This document shows positions 43,101 through 51,412 of a stretch of DNA of 64,000 bases, piece after piece. Each line of letters starts with the position of its first letter. Position 1 is the first letter of the stretch. The stretch is from contig CAKKNE010000002.1 of the NCBI GenBank assembly GCA_918797485.1, forward strand, positions 5,518,001 to 5,582,000, given 5' to 3'. The position numbers were made by a program, and so were the translations under genes. The notes beneath the pieces are model-generated. The model worked only from the letters and a program-made list of their open reading frames with translations. It made no database searches and was not told the origin of the DNA. This stretch comes from Pelagomonas calceolata (Eukaryota).

Positions 43101-43439
43101 GAGCTTTGCGCTATCAACGTCAGTCCGCCAGCGGAGCACCGCCTCGAAGACCCACTCGCGCGTGCCGGGCAGGTGCTGCCCGCGCTTCTCCGCAATTATG
43201 GCCGAAAAGTCCAGCGCTTCCGCCACGTCGGAGCGGTCGACGCCGTGGAGCTTTTCGTAGAGCGCCTCGGAGATCGCGGCCTTGGCCTCGGACTCCTTCC
43301 AGCACCGCACTGCCTCGTCCCTGGAGATCTTGGCTTCCGCGAACTTCTCCTCCCACGCGGGCTGCCACTTGGCGCCCGCCAGCTCCTTCGCCTCGGCAAG
43401 CGAGACCTCCTCCGGGAGAGATGATATACCACCGCCCAT
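37182..43439 (-). CDS. NLR-like STAND protein: NACHT with an inserted RelA/SpoT-like domain, WD40 repeats and ankyrin repeats
   Basis: Start MGGGISS at 43439. GTREWVF, Walker A GGGGTGKS, Walker B LVIDALDE, VATSR; GYRDFNLNV..HIAENQL; ~14 WD40 and ~18 ankyrin repeats in one intact frame. Confidence 0.9.
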   Translation of the reverse strand: MGGGISSLPEEVSLAEAKELAGAKWQPAWEEKFAEAKISRDEAVRCWKESEAKAAISEALYEKLHGVDRSDVAEALDFSAIIAEKRGQHLPGTREWVFEAVLRWRTDVDSAKLFWLIGGGGTGKSVAAAELLARLLDKENAAAWHFCKHTEPARSAPAVLLRSLAGMLCATVEGFGDARREGASVETDKVDELFEALVAKPLRSVKAPRGPDDALVLVIDALDELPRDALKPVLSLLATELKTLPPWIKIVATSRDEAQIKATLKGYTPTELRVDEGRNRQDVRAYLTELAKEHIELEVTMESLRHEVEAKFPELAGRLGGFAALEDPLRRAKATYAEAMRGVSGLDKLEAYRERRNPGLKQDEGDFETLYAQAAVAQKVLVDSLRKLHDDIQSPGVKGRPRSLQKLANDYGGDARYLKDLSRATILCETPDELLDVLNRLASVGLEIAQVKNKFAHPTPMGYRDFNLNVRVPLDDSQTHIAENQLNLKSIADAKHIAHDQYEVIRAALPDMCKDTSVGAEALEAFISERLNSSALDAAVSALERKADGLMLYARLIADQLEATTGKIDFASVGALPAGLDEIYEENFRRVFVDDAAWRDALPLVELVCAAAEPLTVDAASSALGWDRAWCKKVCDGLSLLFPLREGDVIGVLHKTVTDWLTGEAPFDKRSSEDDFFVARDAAHRRLARACAQAVRAGVLDTESHSSDAAADEVLASFVEGEGGVASDAYALRWCLFHMKRSSAEGEAVAVACSLSYVRKRSAGDIASFVADLRALKEQDTFLLSDALVLSRNLLSRGLPLVEQLWQRLVPRADAKSAAGRLAEDLRRVASKLPLSAARPMGLTAAGGAERCRIETRADCLATFVDPATGEPRVACGSHDGKVRIYDPVAGGAALVVINGAAERYSQVNALAAFKDPATGEPRVACGTSMHPRVADCDNGEVRIFDPVAGGEAMLLLEVGSWVYALAVFANPATGTPYLVSGSRDGKVRVFDPVAGGEALLVIDVGTTTSKLEVFKDPATGAPRLACASGDMVLVFDPVAGGDALLVLDVGSHVFALAVFKEPATSAPRLVCGSMDGKVRIFDAVSGGDTLLVLDVGSPVGALVAFKDLATGALRLASGSKDQKVRVFDPVASGEALVVLEGHKWLVASLTTFTDPATGEPRLVSADGDNVRVWNPAAGGAAIEAEPEGHSKEVRALVNFVDPATGALLVATGSWDKTVRVWDAETGGVLLVIDVGSEVNALAFFVDPATGAPRLACGSGDEKVRVFDPVAGGEALVVIAVGIEFALAFFADPTTGALRLVCGTGNWRKKSGDLRIYDPVAGGEALVVIDLGSEVRALAVFKDPATGAPRLACGARGDGKVRIYDPVAGGEALVVLEGHTESVWALTVFEDPAAGGLRLASGSIDNKVRIWDLAAGGALLFVLEGHTNTVNALTAFADPATGETRLVSGSRDKTLRVWDASKGGEALRVVAFDDDVRALAVRGDTSGLFVAFGKRWGELRIESGTTPLTLACYKGDVAAISALLQEGACVDQEDSDGYTPLFVVSLKGHIGVARLLLDAGAAVDKRRETEWSPFGIACACGHLDVATLFLDHGAAVELCLDGATPLLIACRNRNLDVMRLCLQRGADPNWANEKGCTVLYDACQNGRVDAARLLLEKGAEVNRAQDNGRTPLFIACENGRVDAVRLLLDEGAEVDRADKDGWTPLYAACRNGHVEAARQLLDDGAAVNRANQNGTTPLCVACQNGHVEAARLLLDKGAEVDRAGSRVWSDGWREGLTALYVACQKGHVDAAQLLLDKGADANRADKEGRTPLYAACEKGRVDAVRLLLDNGAEVDRAAEDGRTPLFIACTEGHVDAARLLLERGAAVDPPKKDGRTPLYIACEKGHVDAARLLLEKGAEVDRADEDGGTALDAAKYNDHEEVVTLIDDHLYPLHAAAKIGDVDAMTQLLDGGAEVDQAKQDGLTPLFVACEHGHIDAARLLLDKGAEVDRAKENGVTPLYIACQNGHVDAAQLLLEKGAEVDRAQKNGATPLYIACYNGHVDAAQLLLDKGTAVDRATNWGDTPLSIAKRWGNSSIVALLKKHRK
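37190..38930 (-). repeat. Ankyrin array of ~99-bp units with high internal similarity
   Basis: Repeated GxTPLYxACxxGHVDAAxLLLxKGAEVDRA, visibly similar at the DNA level. Confidence 0.9.
38940..40880 (-). repeat. WD40 array of ~140-bp units
   Basis: Repeated F.DPATG.PRLACGS.DGKVR(I/V)(F/Y)DPVAGGEAL; 13 clear units plus a degenerate one. Confidence 0.9.
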
Positions 43440-43763
43440 CTGTAAGGGCTGCCTCAATTCACCTGGCGGCTGCCTGTCCTTCTTCGCTGGAGTGAAGGCT
43501 CGGGCCGGGACCCGCACTGCGACTCTCGCCGTCGCCGCCAAATAAGTCCACCCTGGCTCTCGGGCAGCGCCGCTGCGCCGGGCCGGTGCGTGCGGATCGG
43601 AACCCGAACCGCAGACGCGGACCTCCTCACACGCGATGATGCGCGGCCTGGCATCAGTTCAGAGATATATGTGCATTTCTTTATGGAAACAGGGTCGGCG
43701 GGAAACGGCTGTGCGCTGCGTGCAGAACGCGCGGCTTGCCCTCGCGGGGGGGTGGTGATGAAT

Positions 43764-45383
43764 TCAGGCGTCGAGCGCCGCGCGGAGCGTCTCGGCGACG
43801 CGCGCGCACTCGTGCTCCTCGATGACGAAGGGCGGCGCCAGGATGAGGACGTTGCCGAGGCCCGGCACCGTCGACGCGTTGCGGCCGACGACGACGCCGG
43901 CGTCCGCGCAGCGCCGCACGATGGCGCCGCACGCGTCATCATCTAAAGGCGTCTTGGTGTCTCGATCCGCGACGAGCTCGACGCCGACCAAGAGGCCGCG
44001 GCCGCGCACCTCGCCCACGTGTTTGTGCGCGCCGATGGCCTCCTCCAACGTCCGCTTGAGGAACGCGCCCATCTCCGCCGCCCGCTCGACCAGCCCCTCC
44101 CGCTCCACGATCTCGATGTTGCGCAATCCCACAGCACAGGCGACGGGGTGCCCTCCATAGGTATTGATCGACCGCAAGTGCGCTAGCCGCGGCGGCAGCG
44201 TCGACGCGACCTTGCCCTGGTGCACGGCGTCCGGGCAGTCATGAAAGTTCGCGAACACCCTATCGGAAACGACGCAGGCGCCCAAGGGCTGGTACCCAGA
44301 AGTCAGGCCCTTGGCGAGCGTCACGATGTCCGGAGTTACGCCGTAGTGGTGGTGCCCGAACATCGCGCCGGTTCTTCCAAAACCGCTCACGACTTCATCC
44401 AATATGAGTAAGACGCCGTGGTCGTCGCAGACCTTGCGGACCTCCTTCAAATAATTTTCTGGAGGGACTAAGACACCTCCCCCGGACGTGATCGGCTCGC
44501 AGATGAACGCCGCGACGGTCTCGGCGCCCTCCATGCGGATCGTCTCATCTAGTGATGCGGCCAAATCGAGACCGTGCTGCGCTTCCGTCTCTCTAGAGCG
44601 GTAGGGATAAGGCGTCCCCACCTTGATGTAGCCCGGCGGCTGCGGCCCGAACCCGATCTTCCGCTCCGCCTGGCCCGTGGCCGCCATAGCACCCGCGGTG
44701 TTGCCGTGGTAGGCGCGGTGGCGCGAAATGATCTTGTACCGTAGAGGTCCCGACGGGTCCTGCTCGACGTTCGCCGCGTGGAACTGCCTCGCAATTTTGA
44801 AGGCAGCCTCGTTCGCTTCAGAGCCGGACGCCGTGAAGTAGGCGTGCGCCGGCGCGCTCCAATCCAGTAAATCGGAAATTTTCGTGGCGAGCTCGATCTG
44901 GGGGATGGAGCCGTGCGCCGGCGACAGGAAGGGGAGCTGAACCATGGCGTCGTAGGCGACCCTCGCGAGCTCTTCGCGCCCGTACCCGACGTTGACGCAC
45001 CAGAGGCCGCCCATGGCATCCAACTTCGTGGACCCATCTAAGGAGTAGAGCGTCGAGTTGTGCGCGTAGTGGACGGCCGCGGGCGGCTTGGATTCGTCAC
45101 AGGACCAGGAGCGCTGCTGCGTCATCGGGTGCCAGACGTGCTTGGCCTCCTTCCTCTGTAGATCTTCTATCAAGGACGCGAAGTTCGGCTGTTCCTCCAT
45201 TCTATGAGCGGCCGTGCTCAGTTCTCGGTTGAAGGGCGGCGGCGCGGCCGCGCCGGCGGCGGTGCTGAGCTGCGGGGCCGACGTCGGCTGGAGCGGGCCG
45301 TCGGTCGGTCGGGCGACCGTGGACTTGAGTGCGGTGCGTTGCGCAGCGGCCGCGCGGCCCCGGAGGGCGAGGGCGCGCCGCAT
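43764..45383 (-). CDS. Class III PLP aminotransferase (taurine/omega-amino acid:pyruvate type) with a transit peptide
   Basis: DAMGGLWCVNVGYGR, SGSEANEAAFK, AYHGNT, DEVVSGFGRTG, PDIVTLAKGLTSGY, NTYGGHP. Confidence 0.92.
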   Translation of the reverse strand: MRRALALRGRAAAAQRTALKSTVARPTDGPLQPTSAPQLSTAAGAAAPPPFNRELSTAAHRMEEQPNFASLIEDLQRKEAKHVWHPMTQQRSWSCDESKPPAAVHYAHNSTLYSLDGSTKLDAMGGLWCVNVGYGREELARVAYDAMVQLPFLSPAHGSIPQIELATKISDLLDWSAPAHAYFTASGSEANEAAFKIARQFHAANVEQDPSGPLRYKIISRHRAYHGNTAGAMAATGQAERKIGFGPQPPGYIKVGTPYPYRSRETEAQHGLDLAASLDETIRMEGAETVAAFICEPITSGGGVLVPPENYLKEVRKVCDDHGVLLILDEVVSGFGRTGAMFGHHHYGVTPDIVTLAKGLTSGYQPLGACVVSDRVFANFHDCPDAVHQGKVASTLPPRLAHLRSINTYGGHPVACAVGLRNIEIVEREGLVERAAEMGAFLKRTLEEAIGAHKHVGEVRGRGLLVGVELVADRDTKTPLDDDACGAIVRRCADAGVVVGRNASTVPGLGNVLILAPPFVIEEHECARVAETLRAALDA

Positions 45384-45833
45384 TTTGCGTCTAGAGTGCT
45401 CCTGTGTTCGTCGCGCTGACTGCGCACGCTACGCGGCGTTTCGGACTGCGCCTTCTTGCGTGTCCCGTAAGTGCGGCCTCTGCGGCCCCAGGGTATGCCG
45501 TGTTGCTTGTGCTGCGCTTTGTACGCCTCAATCAGACGCACTTTTGTCAAAACGACTGCAAAGCGCTCAAATGATGCCCTTGGTGACCGTTGGAGGGGGA
45601 ATTCAAAAAGAACCTCTCCTAGCACTCGTGCTACGTGGTGCTGAAACCAGAAAAAGGCGTTTTGGCTTCGAGGCTCTGGGCCTCTTCCTAGTGCCTCTAT
45701 AGGCCGCTAGCTCTGCAAAAAATCGCATCGGCGGCCTTTAGGTCGCCAAGGAGACAAGCAGGGCTCACGTTGTGACTCGTGCGACACCTCTGCTGATCTG
45801 CAGCAGCGAAACCGAGCCAAAAAGCAAGCAACC

Positions 45834-46802
45834 ATGGCCTCCAAACTAGACCGCCTCGCAGCCATGGCGCGGGACGGCGCCAAGAGCACGGTCGCCGAGG
45901 CGACGGGCGCGAACGGCCAGCCCAAGGTCATCCTCGAGCACGGCTCCGGCGCGCTCGCCGAGATCTACGCCCACGGCGCGACGGTGACGCGCTACCGCTC
46001 ACCAGGTGGAAGGGAGGTGCTCTGGACGTCGAGCATTGCAGTTTTTGATGGCAAGAAGGCGATTCGAGGCGGCATCCCCGTGGTCTTCCCCTTCTTCGGG
46101 CCGAATCCGGATGAGCGAGTGGGGACCATTGCCGAGTGCCCGCAGCATGGTTTCGCGAGGACCAGTCGCTGGTCTATTGCTGATTTATCCGTAACCAGCG
46201 AAGGCGGGTGCAAGGTCGTGTTCCAACTCCAGGATTCCGAGGCGACGCGCGGCATCTGGCCCTTCGCCTTTAAGCTGACGTACGAAGTCGTCTTGGACGA
46301 GGACTCGCTCGCGACGTCGCTGACCATCACGAACTCCGGAGAACGGGAGATGGCGCCGCAGTGCCTCCTCCACACCTATCTCAACGTCGCCGACTCAAAG
46401 CAGGTCATGATCTTCGGGCTGGAAGAATCGGAATATGCGGACAAGCTTACGGGTAAAACTGAACAGGAGGACATGCCCGCGATTCAGTTCCGGGGCGAGA
46501 CGGACCGTATTTACAGCGGCGCATCACGAAAAGCGTGCCCGCTCGCCGTGCGGCCCGAGGGCGTGAGGGTGGACGCGCACGGCGCGCTGCTGGAAAAGGA
46601 CGGGACCGTGACCGCGGAAATCGCGGCGGACGTCGTGATCTGGAACCCGCACGTCAACAAGGCCAAAGCCATGGGCGACTTCGACGACGACGGCTGGACG
46701 GCGATGGCCTGCGTCGAGCCCGGCATCGTCGCTTCTGATAGAACGGACATCGCGCCGGGCGCGTCGCTCGTCCTCTCCCAGACCATCGCGCCCGAGGACT
46801 AA
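45834..46802 (+). CDS. D-hexose-6-phosphate mutarotase (aldose 1-epimerase family)
   Basis: KAIRGGIPVVFP, QHGFAR, LHTYL, ETDRIY, VIWNP, CVEPG. Confidence 0.93.
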   Translation: MASKLDRLAAMARDGAKSTVAEATGANGQPKVILEHGSGALAEIYAHGATVTRYRSPGGREVLWTSSIAVFDGKKAIRGGIPVVFPFFGPNPDERVGTIAECPQHGFARTSRWSIADLSVTSEGGCKVVFQLQDSEATRGIWPFAFKLTYEVVLDEDSLATSLTITNSGEREMAPQCLLHTYLNVADSKQVMIFGLEESEYADKLTGKTEQEDMPAIQFRGETDRIYSGASRKACPLAVRPEGVRVDAHGALLEKDGTVTAEIAADVVIWNPHVNKAKAMGDFDDDGWTAMACVEPGIVASDRTDIAPGASLVLSQTIAPED

Positions 46803-46809
46803 GAAAGTA

Positions 46810-48237
46810 TTAGAACACGTCGTCGTGCCGCGCCGCCGCCGTCGTCGCCGTCGTGCCCGTCCGCGACGAGGCGCCGGTCCGCGACGACACGTTGTCGTCC
46901 TCGTCCGGCCCCGGCGCGAGCCCGGGGAAGGGGTCGTCGCCGTCGTCCGCCGCGGGCGCGGCGACCATACCCGGGAGCGTCGGGAACGCCGACGACGAGG
47001 CGGCCGGGGGAGGGCGCGGCGGCGCGGCCGGCGGCGGAAACGTGCGCCGGGGCGGCGGCGGCGGCGGCGGGCGCTCCGGCGCGGCGTCGGAGCCGTCCGA
47101 GTCGAAGAGCGCGTCGATGGTCTGCGGGCGCCGCGCGGGCGCCGGGGCCGCGTCCGCGCTGTCGTCGTCCGCGAAGCTGACGTCCCCCGAGCTGTCGCTG
47201 GCCGAGGCGGACTCGCTCTGGTCGTCCGCGCGCGGCCGGGGCGGCGCGGCGGCCGTGCTGTCCGCACCGCCGCGCACCGGCGCCGCGCCGGCCGCGCCAA
47301 ACATGGAGTCCTCGGACGCGTCCACCGCGCCGCGCGCCGGTGCCGCAGCGTCCGCATCACCACCGAACATCGAGTCCTCGGACCCACGGACGCCGGCGCC
47401 GCCGCCGAGGCCCCCACCACCGAACATGGAGTCCTCGGACGCGCTCGCGACCTCGACCTCGTCCACGATCGACGCATCGCTGTCGTCGGGCCGCGGCCGC
47501 AGCGCCGCCGGCTCGGGTGATGGTGAGGGCGACACGCGCGGCGACAGCGTCCGCGGCGACGCGCGCGGCGACTCCGACTCGAAGGACGCGTCGCCGTAGG
47601 ACGCCCGCGGACTTATGGACGCCTCCTCGAAGGAGGCCGACGCGGAATAGGAGTCCTCGGCCTGCTGCACATGTTGTAGAGCGGCGGCGCGCGCGGCCTC
47701 GAGTTTGGCGGCGGTGGACGCGGGCAGCGGCATCGACGACGACAAAGACATAGAAGGGTCGAGCTTCGGCACCGGCTGTGCCCCGTGCTCGAGGAGCTCG
47801 CAGAGCAGCGGAATCTTGGACGGCACTGCCGGTAGGCCGACGTTGTCCCGCAACTTCGACCGCGTCGCCGGCGCCAAAACTTGGTCAGGGTGCACCCTTT
47901 CATCACTCAAACCGATGTCCGGCGCCAAAACACAAAGGACACGCGTCAGGCCGACGGACGCGAGGTAGTCGACGACGAGTCCCAGCGCTTCGTTACCGTG
48001 CGGCAGCTTTCGACACCTCTCTGCGGTCGATGCCTGTTCACCGGGAGAGGGTTCCACCATGGCCGCGAAGATGTCGGCCCGCAACTGAGCTTTAAGGGCG
48101 GCCATGACGCCGCTTTGTTCCAATTTGCACTCGACGGCCTTGTAGAGCTTCTGCTCCATGGCCTCGTACTGCTGCTTGTCGATGTACATGCCTTGGGCCG
48201 CCGCGGCGGCGGCGGCCTGGTCGACGCTCGTGGCCAT
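46810..48237 (-). CDS. FOP/FGFR1OP-like centrosomal protein (LisH-like N-terminus, disordered tail)
   Basis: LEQSGVMAALKAQLRADIF...LVVDYL...PLLCELL; three SEDSMFG repeats. Confidence 0.75.
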   Translation of the reverse strand: MATSVDQAAAAAAAQGMYIDKQQYEAMEQKLYKAVECKLEQSGVMAALKAQLRADIFAAMVEPSPGEQASTAERCRKLPHGNEALGLVVDYLASVGLTRVLCVLAPDIGLSDERVHPDQVLAPATRSKLRDNVGLPAVPSKIPLLCELLEHGAQPVPKLDPSMSLSSSMPLPASTAAKLEAARAAALQHVQQAEDSYSASASFEEASISPRASYGDASFESESPRASPRTLSPRVSPSPSPEPAALRPRPDDSDASIVDEVEVASASEDSMFGGGGLGGGAGVRGSEDSMFGGDADAAAPARGAVDASEDSMFGAAGAAPVRGGADSTAAAPPRPRADDQSESASASDSSGDVSFADDDSADAAPAPARRPQTIDALFDSDGSDAAPERPPPPPPPRRTFPPPAAPPRPPPAASSSAFPTLPGMVAAPAADDGDDPFPGLAPGPDEDDNVSSRTGASSRTGTTATTAAARHDDVF

Positions 48238-48723
48238 GGTTGACTGATCTCTGGAGAGAGGGCAGCACCAATTATGCGTCGCGAGTGGTTGCCCCGCGCG
48301 AGGCAGCGCACGTATTGATTGAGATGAATGGAACGGGCAGCCCGACCACCCGTATGAGGCCGAGCGCTTCGCAATTGGCTGCAGAGCGCTTTCAAACCAG
48401 GCAAAACGAGGCAATTCGTGGGACTGCGGTGAGACGGCTGCGACCCGACGCCTATGGACTCCTCTCGGGCCGCGAGCAATCTCTTTGAGATGCAAAAAAA
48501 AAAAGCTAGTGTGTCTATCTCGCGCCGCATTTCAAAAGTACGAGCTTGTAAGCCGGTTATCTCGGCCTCTGGGCACTTGCGAGACGCAGGGAGCTGTAGA
48601 GCAGTGTTTCGTAGCTTGATTTCGTCGGGTTCTCGAAAACTCCGCCGCGCGCCACCGCTAGCGCCGCTGCGAGCAATTTGAGTCGGGAGGCTGTGCGCGC
48701 TGCGCGTGCGCGCTGTGCAAGCG

Positions 48724-51387
48724 ATGGAGCCGCCGCCCGAAACCGAGGAGGACTACTTTGCCGCGGCCTACGAAGAGGAGCTGGCCATGGAGGAGGAGGC
48801 GCGCGCGGCGGCCGAGGCGCCCGCCGCCGCGCCGATGGACACGGCCGAGCCGTCGGAGGCCGACAAGCCCAAGGGCGTCTTCGACTGGCGCGAGCGCGAC
48901 GACTTCGGCAAGCGCTTAGTGCCCGAAGAGAGCCGGGCGAAGACGGTGCATGATAGAAGGAAGGAACAAAAGCTGCAGGCACCGGGCGCCGCCGTCCCGG
49001 ATGAGAGTGTTGGATTACTGAGACTGCCGCCTCATAACGTACCGTCCATCCCGGTGACGCTGGCGGACGGGTCGAGGAGGCACGCGGCCATTGCACGATC
49101 TGGGACGCTCGAGATGCGCTCTTCTCAACTGCTTTCAAGACCCGTCGATGAGATGCTGCGGGAGATCGACGAAGATGTTGTACAAGATGATGAGGATGTG
49201 GAGATGACGTCCGAGCGGGGCGACGGCGCGCTCTGGGTCGACCGCTACGCGCCCACGAGCTTCCCCCATTTACTGAGCGACGAGAGAACAAATAGGGATG
49301 TGCTCCGAGCCATCAAGGACTGGGACCCCCACGTGTTTCGGAAAGCAGCACCGGCACCTCCGCGAGTGCCCCAGTACCGACCGACGCAGCAGTCGTATTC
49401 ATCACAAAGGTCGTCGAACTTCTCGTCGTCCGGCGGTAGAAGGTACGACGCCCCCAAAAGACTCAATGCGAGGCGAGGCGAACCGCCGCAACGCGAGTAC
49501 AAGAAGTTCTCTCCTAAAAAAGACAAGAAGCCCTTCGTTCCTGAGGCTCCGAAGGCTACCCGAGGTGACGATGGAAGACCCCTGAAGCGCGTCATTTTGT
49601 TAGCCGGCGAGCCAGGGACAGGCAAGACGACATTGGCCCATGTGCTCGCTAGACAAGCTGGTTATAGTGTAAGAGAGGTCAACGCGTCCGACGAGAGATC
49701 TGCCGCAAAACTGGAGGATGCCGTGAGAACCGCCTCGTCGAACCGAACGCTGTCGTCGGACCGACCCACCTTACTAGTGTTGGACGAGTTAGATGGTGCT
49801 GATGGTCAACAAGCGGTGGCGTGCCTCGTGCGCATGGCTCAGGCCGAATTACCCTCGAAAAAGAAGAGTAGTGAGAAACGGGCGTCGTTGTTTGGTCTAA
49901 AGGAAGAGGAAAAGACGACGACAAAGAAGCGCAAGGGGCCGCCTCCTCTCAGAAGGCCCGTGATTTGTGTCTGCAATGATTTATATGCTCCTTCCTTAAG
50001 GCAGTTGCGAGATGTGGCGTTGGTGTTCCAGCTGCGGAAGCCCACGGTGCCTCGTCGTTTAGCTCAAAGGTTACGTTCAGTAGCGGATAGTGAAGGCGTG
50101 GCGTCGTCGCCGGCCGCACTAGCAACTTTAGCAGATGCCGCCGATGGCGACGTGCGAGCAGCTATTGGGAGTCTGCAGTTCGCCGTCACCGCATCAGGTG
50201 ACCGCAAGGACGCCGCGAAAGTCACGAAAGCCATCTTGCAGGCCGCCCAGTCGGCTACCAAAGACAGATCAGCAGACGAGCCCGAGCTCTTTACTCGCTT
50301 ATTTAAGGTAGGCGAGCCGAAGCCCAAGAAGATCAACCATGAGGACGGTGTTAAGTTGATACCACCGAAACCGTTGTTGGTGGAGCTGGCGCAGTCCTCC
50401 GCGCAGCGCATTGTCGATGGTGTGCTAGAGAACTACGGCAAGTGCGAACGGAGGCAGCCCGATTCTCTAGATGCCGCTTCGAAACTACTAGATGACCTGT
50501 CCGTGGCGGACCAGTTCATCGGCACGGCTTTTGGGAAGGACTGCTTTTCTGCGCTGCCCTACGCCGCCGCTGCCGCGGGCCTGTCGGCGCACTCTTTATA
50601 CTCGGTAGATTCTCCACCGTTGATGAAGCGGCCTACCGATAGAATCTTTCGTTCAGAAAGGCAGAAGCATTCGTCGGCCTTATGTTCACTGGACGATTCA
50701 AGGGCGAGGTACGGCGGCCAACTGAAACTAGGCTGCTCGGTTCTAGCGTTGGACGTCTGTGCGTCGTTACGAAGACTAGTTCTGAAGCCCGGTTCCGTAC
50801 GGCCGGTGAACCCCGACCTACTAAGGCAGCCCGAGCGCGAGGCGTTGGACAACGCGGCCGGTCGGTTGGCAGCAAACGGCCTCACGTTCGAGCGCGATCT
50901 ATCCTTCCCGAAGCCCGACGAGCCGCCGAGACCGTTCAAGTTTAGATTGAGGCCCGACGTCGCTTCCGTGTCCTTATTTGCTGATGCGGCCGAGGAGCCT
51001 TTGTCAGATGTCTTGCGCCAGACGCTCGCGCGAAAAGTTTTAGTGGAGAAGGCGCGGCGACGGGAGCGCGCCGAGGCTGATAAGAGGAGGGAGCAGAAGC
51101 CCATCAAAAAAAGACAATCGGTGGCGCCCGTCGACGCCGAGACGCTGTTGAAAAAAGCGGCGGCTAAGGTGCGGACGCCGGCCCAGCCCCAACGGCGGGG
51201 CTTCTCCTTCTCCTCGTGGCAGACGTCGAACAAGCGGGCGCCCCCGCCAAAAGCGACGGCGAAGCGCAAAGCCCAGGAGCAGCTCGAACGGGCGTCGCGG
51301 CCGGCCTACGCGGTGCAGTACAAGTTCAAGAAGGGCCACACGAACGCCGTCCGGCGCGAGGTGACGCTCGAGGACCTGCTGGCCTGA
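48724..51387 (+). CDS. CTF18: Chromosome transmission fidelity protein 18 (RFC-like AAA+)
   Basis: LWVDRYAP..LLSDERTNR, GEPGTGKTTLAHV, EVNASDER, RPVICVCNDLY, C-terminal YKFKKGHTNAVRR. Confidence 0.93.
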   Translation: MEPPPETEEDYFAAAYEEELAMEEEARAAAEAPAAAPMDTAEPSEADKPKGVFDWRERDDFGKRLVPEESRAKTVHDRRKEQKLQAPGAAVPDESVGLLRLPPHNVPSIPVTLADGSRRHAAIARSGTLEMRSSQLLSRPVDEMLREIDEDVVQDDEDVEMTSERGDGALWVDRYAPTSFPHLLSDERTNRDVLRAIKDWDPHVFRKAAPAPPRVPQYRPTQQSYSSQRSSNFSSSGGRRYDAPKRLNARRGEPPQREYKKFSPKKDKKPFVPEAPKATRGDDGRPLKRVILLAGEPGTGKTTLAHVLARQAGYSVREVNASDERSAAKLEDAVRTASSNRTLSSDRPTLLVLDELDGADGQQAVACLVRMAQAELPSKKKSSEKRASLFGLKEEEKTTTKKRKGPPPLRRPVICVCNDLYAPSLRQLRDVALVFQLRKPTVPRRLAQRLRSVADSEGVASSPAALATLADAADGDVRAAIGSLQFAVTASGDRKDAAKVTKAILQAAQSATKDRSADEPELFTRLFKVGEPKPKKINHEDGVKLIPPKPLLVELAQSSAQRIVDGVLENYGKCERRQPDSLDAASKLLDDLSVADQFIGTAFGKDCFSALPYAAAAAGLSAHSLYSVDSPPLMKRPTDRIFRSERQKHSSALCSLDDSRARYGGQLKLGCSVLALDVCASLRRLVLKPGSVRPVNPDLLRQPEREALDNAAGRLAANGLTFERDLSFPKPDEPPRPFKFRLRPDVASVSLFADAAEEPLSDVLRQTLARKVLVEKARRRERAEADKRREQKPIKKRQSVAPVDAETLLKKAAAKVRTPAQPQRRGFSFSSWQTSNKRAPPPKATAKRKAQEQLERASRPAYAVQYKFKKGHTNAVRREVTLEDLLA

Positions 51388-51412
51388 TGCTCTTCCTAAG
51401 ACTACTAGTTAT

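Noticed and set aside
43440..43541. N-terminal extension of the 2119-aa ORF
   Set aside because: It begins at a non-ATG codon. ATG 43439 gives MGGGISS and is preceded by an acceptor-like ttacag.
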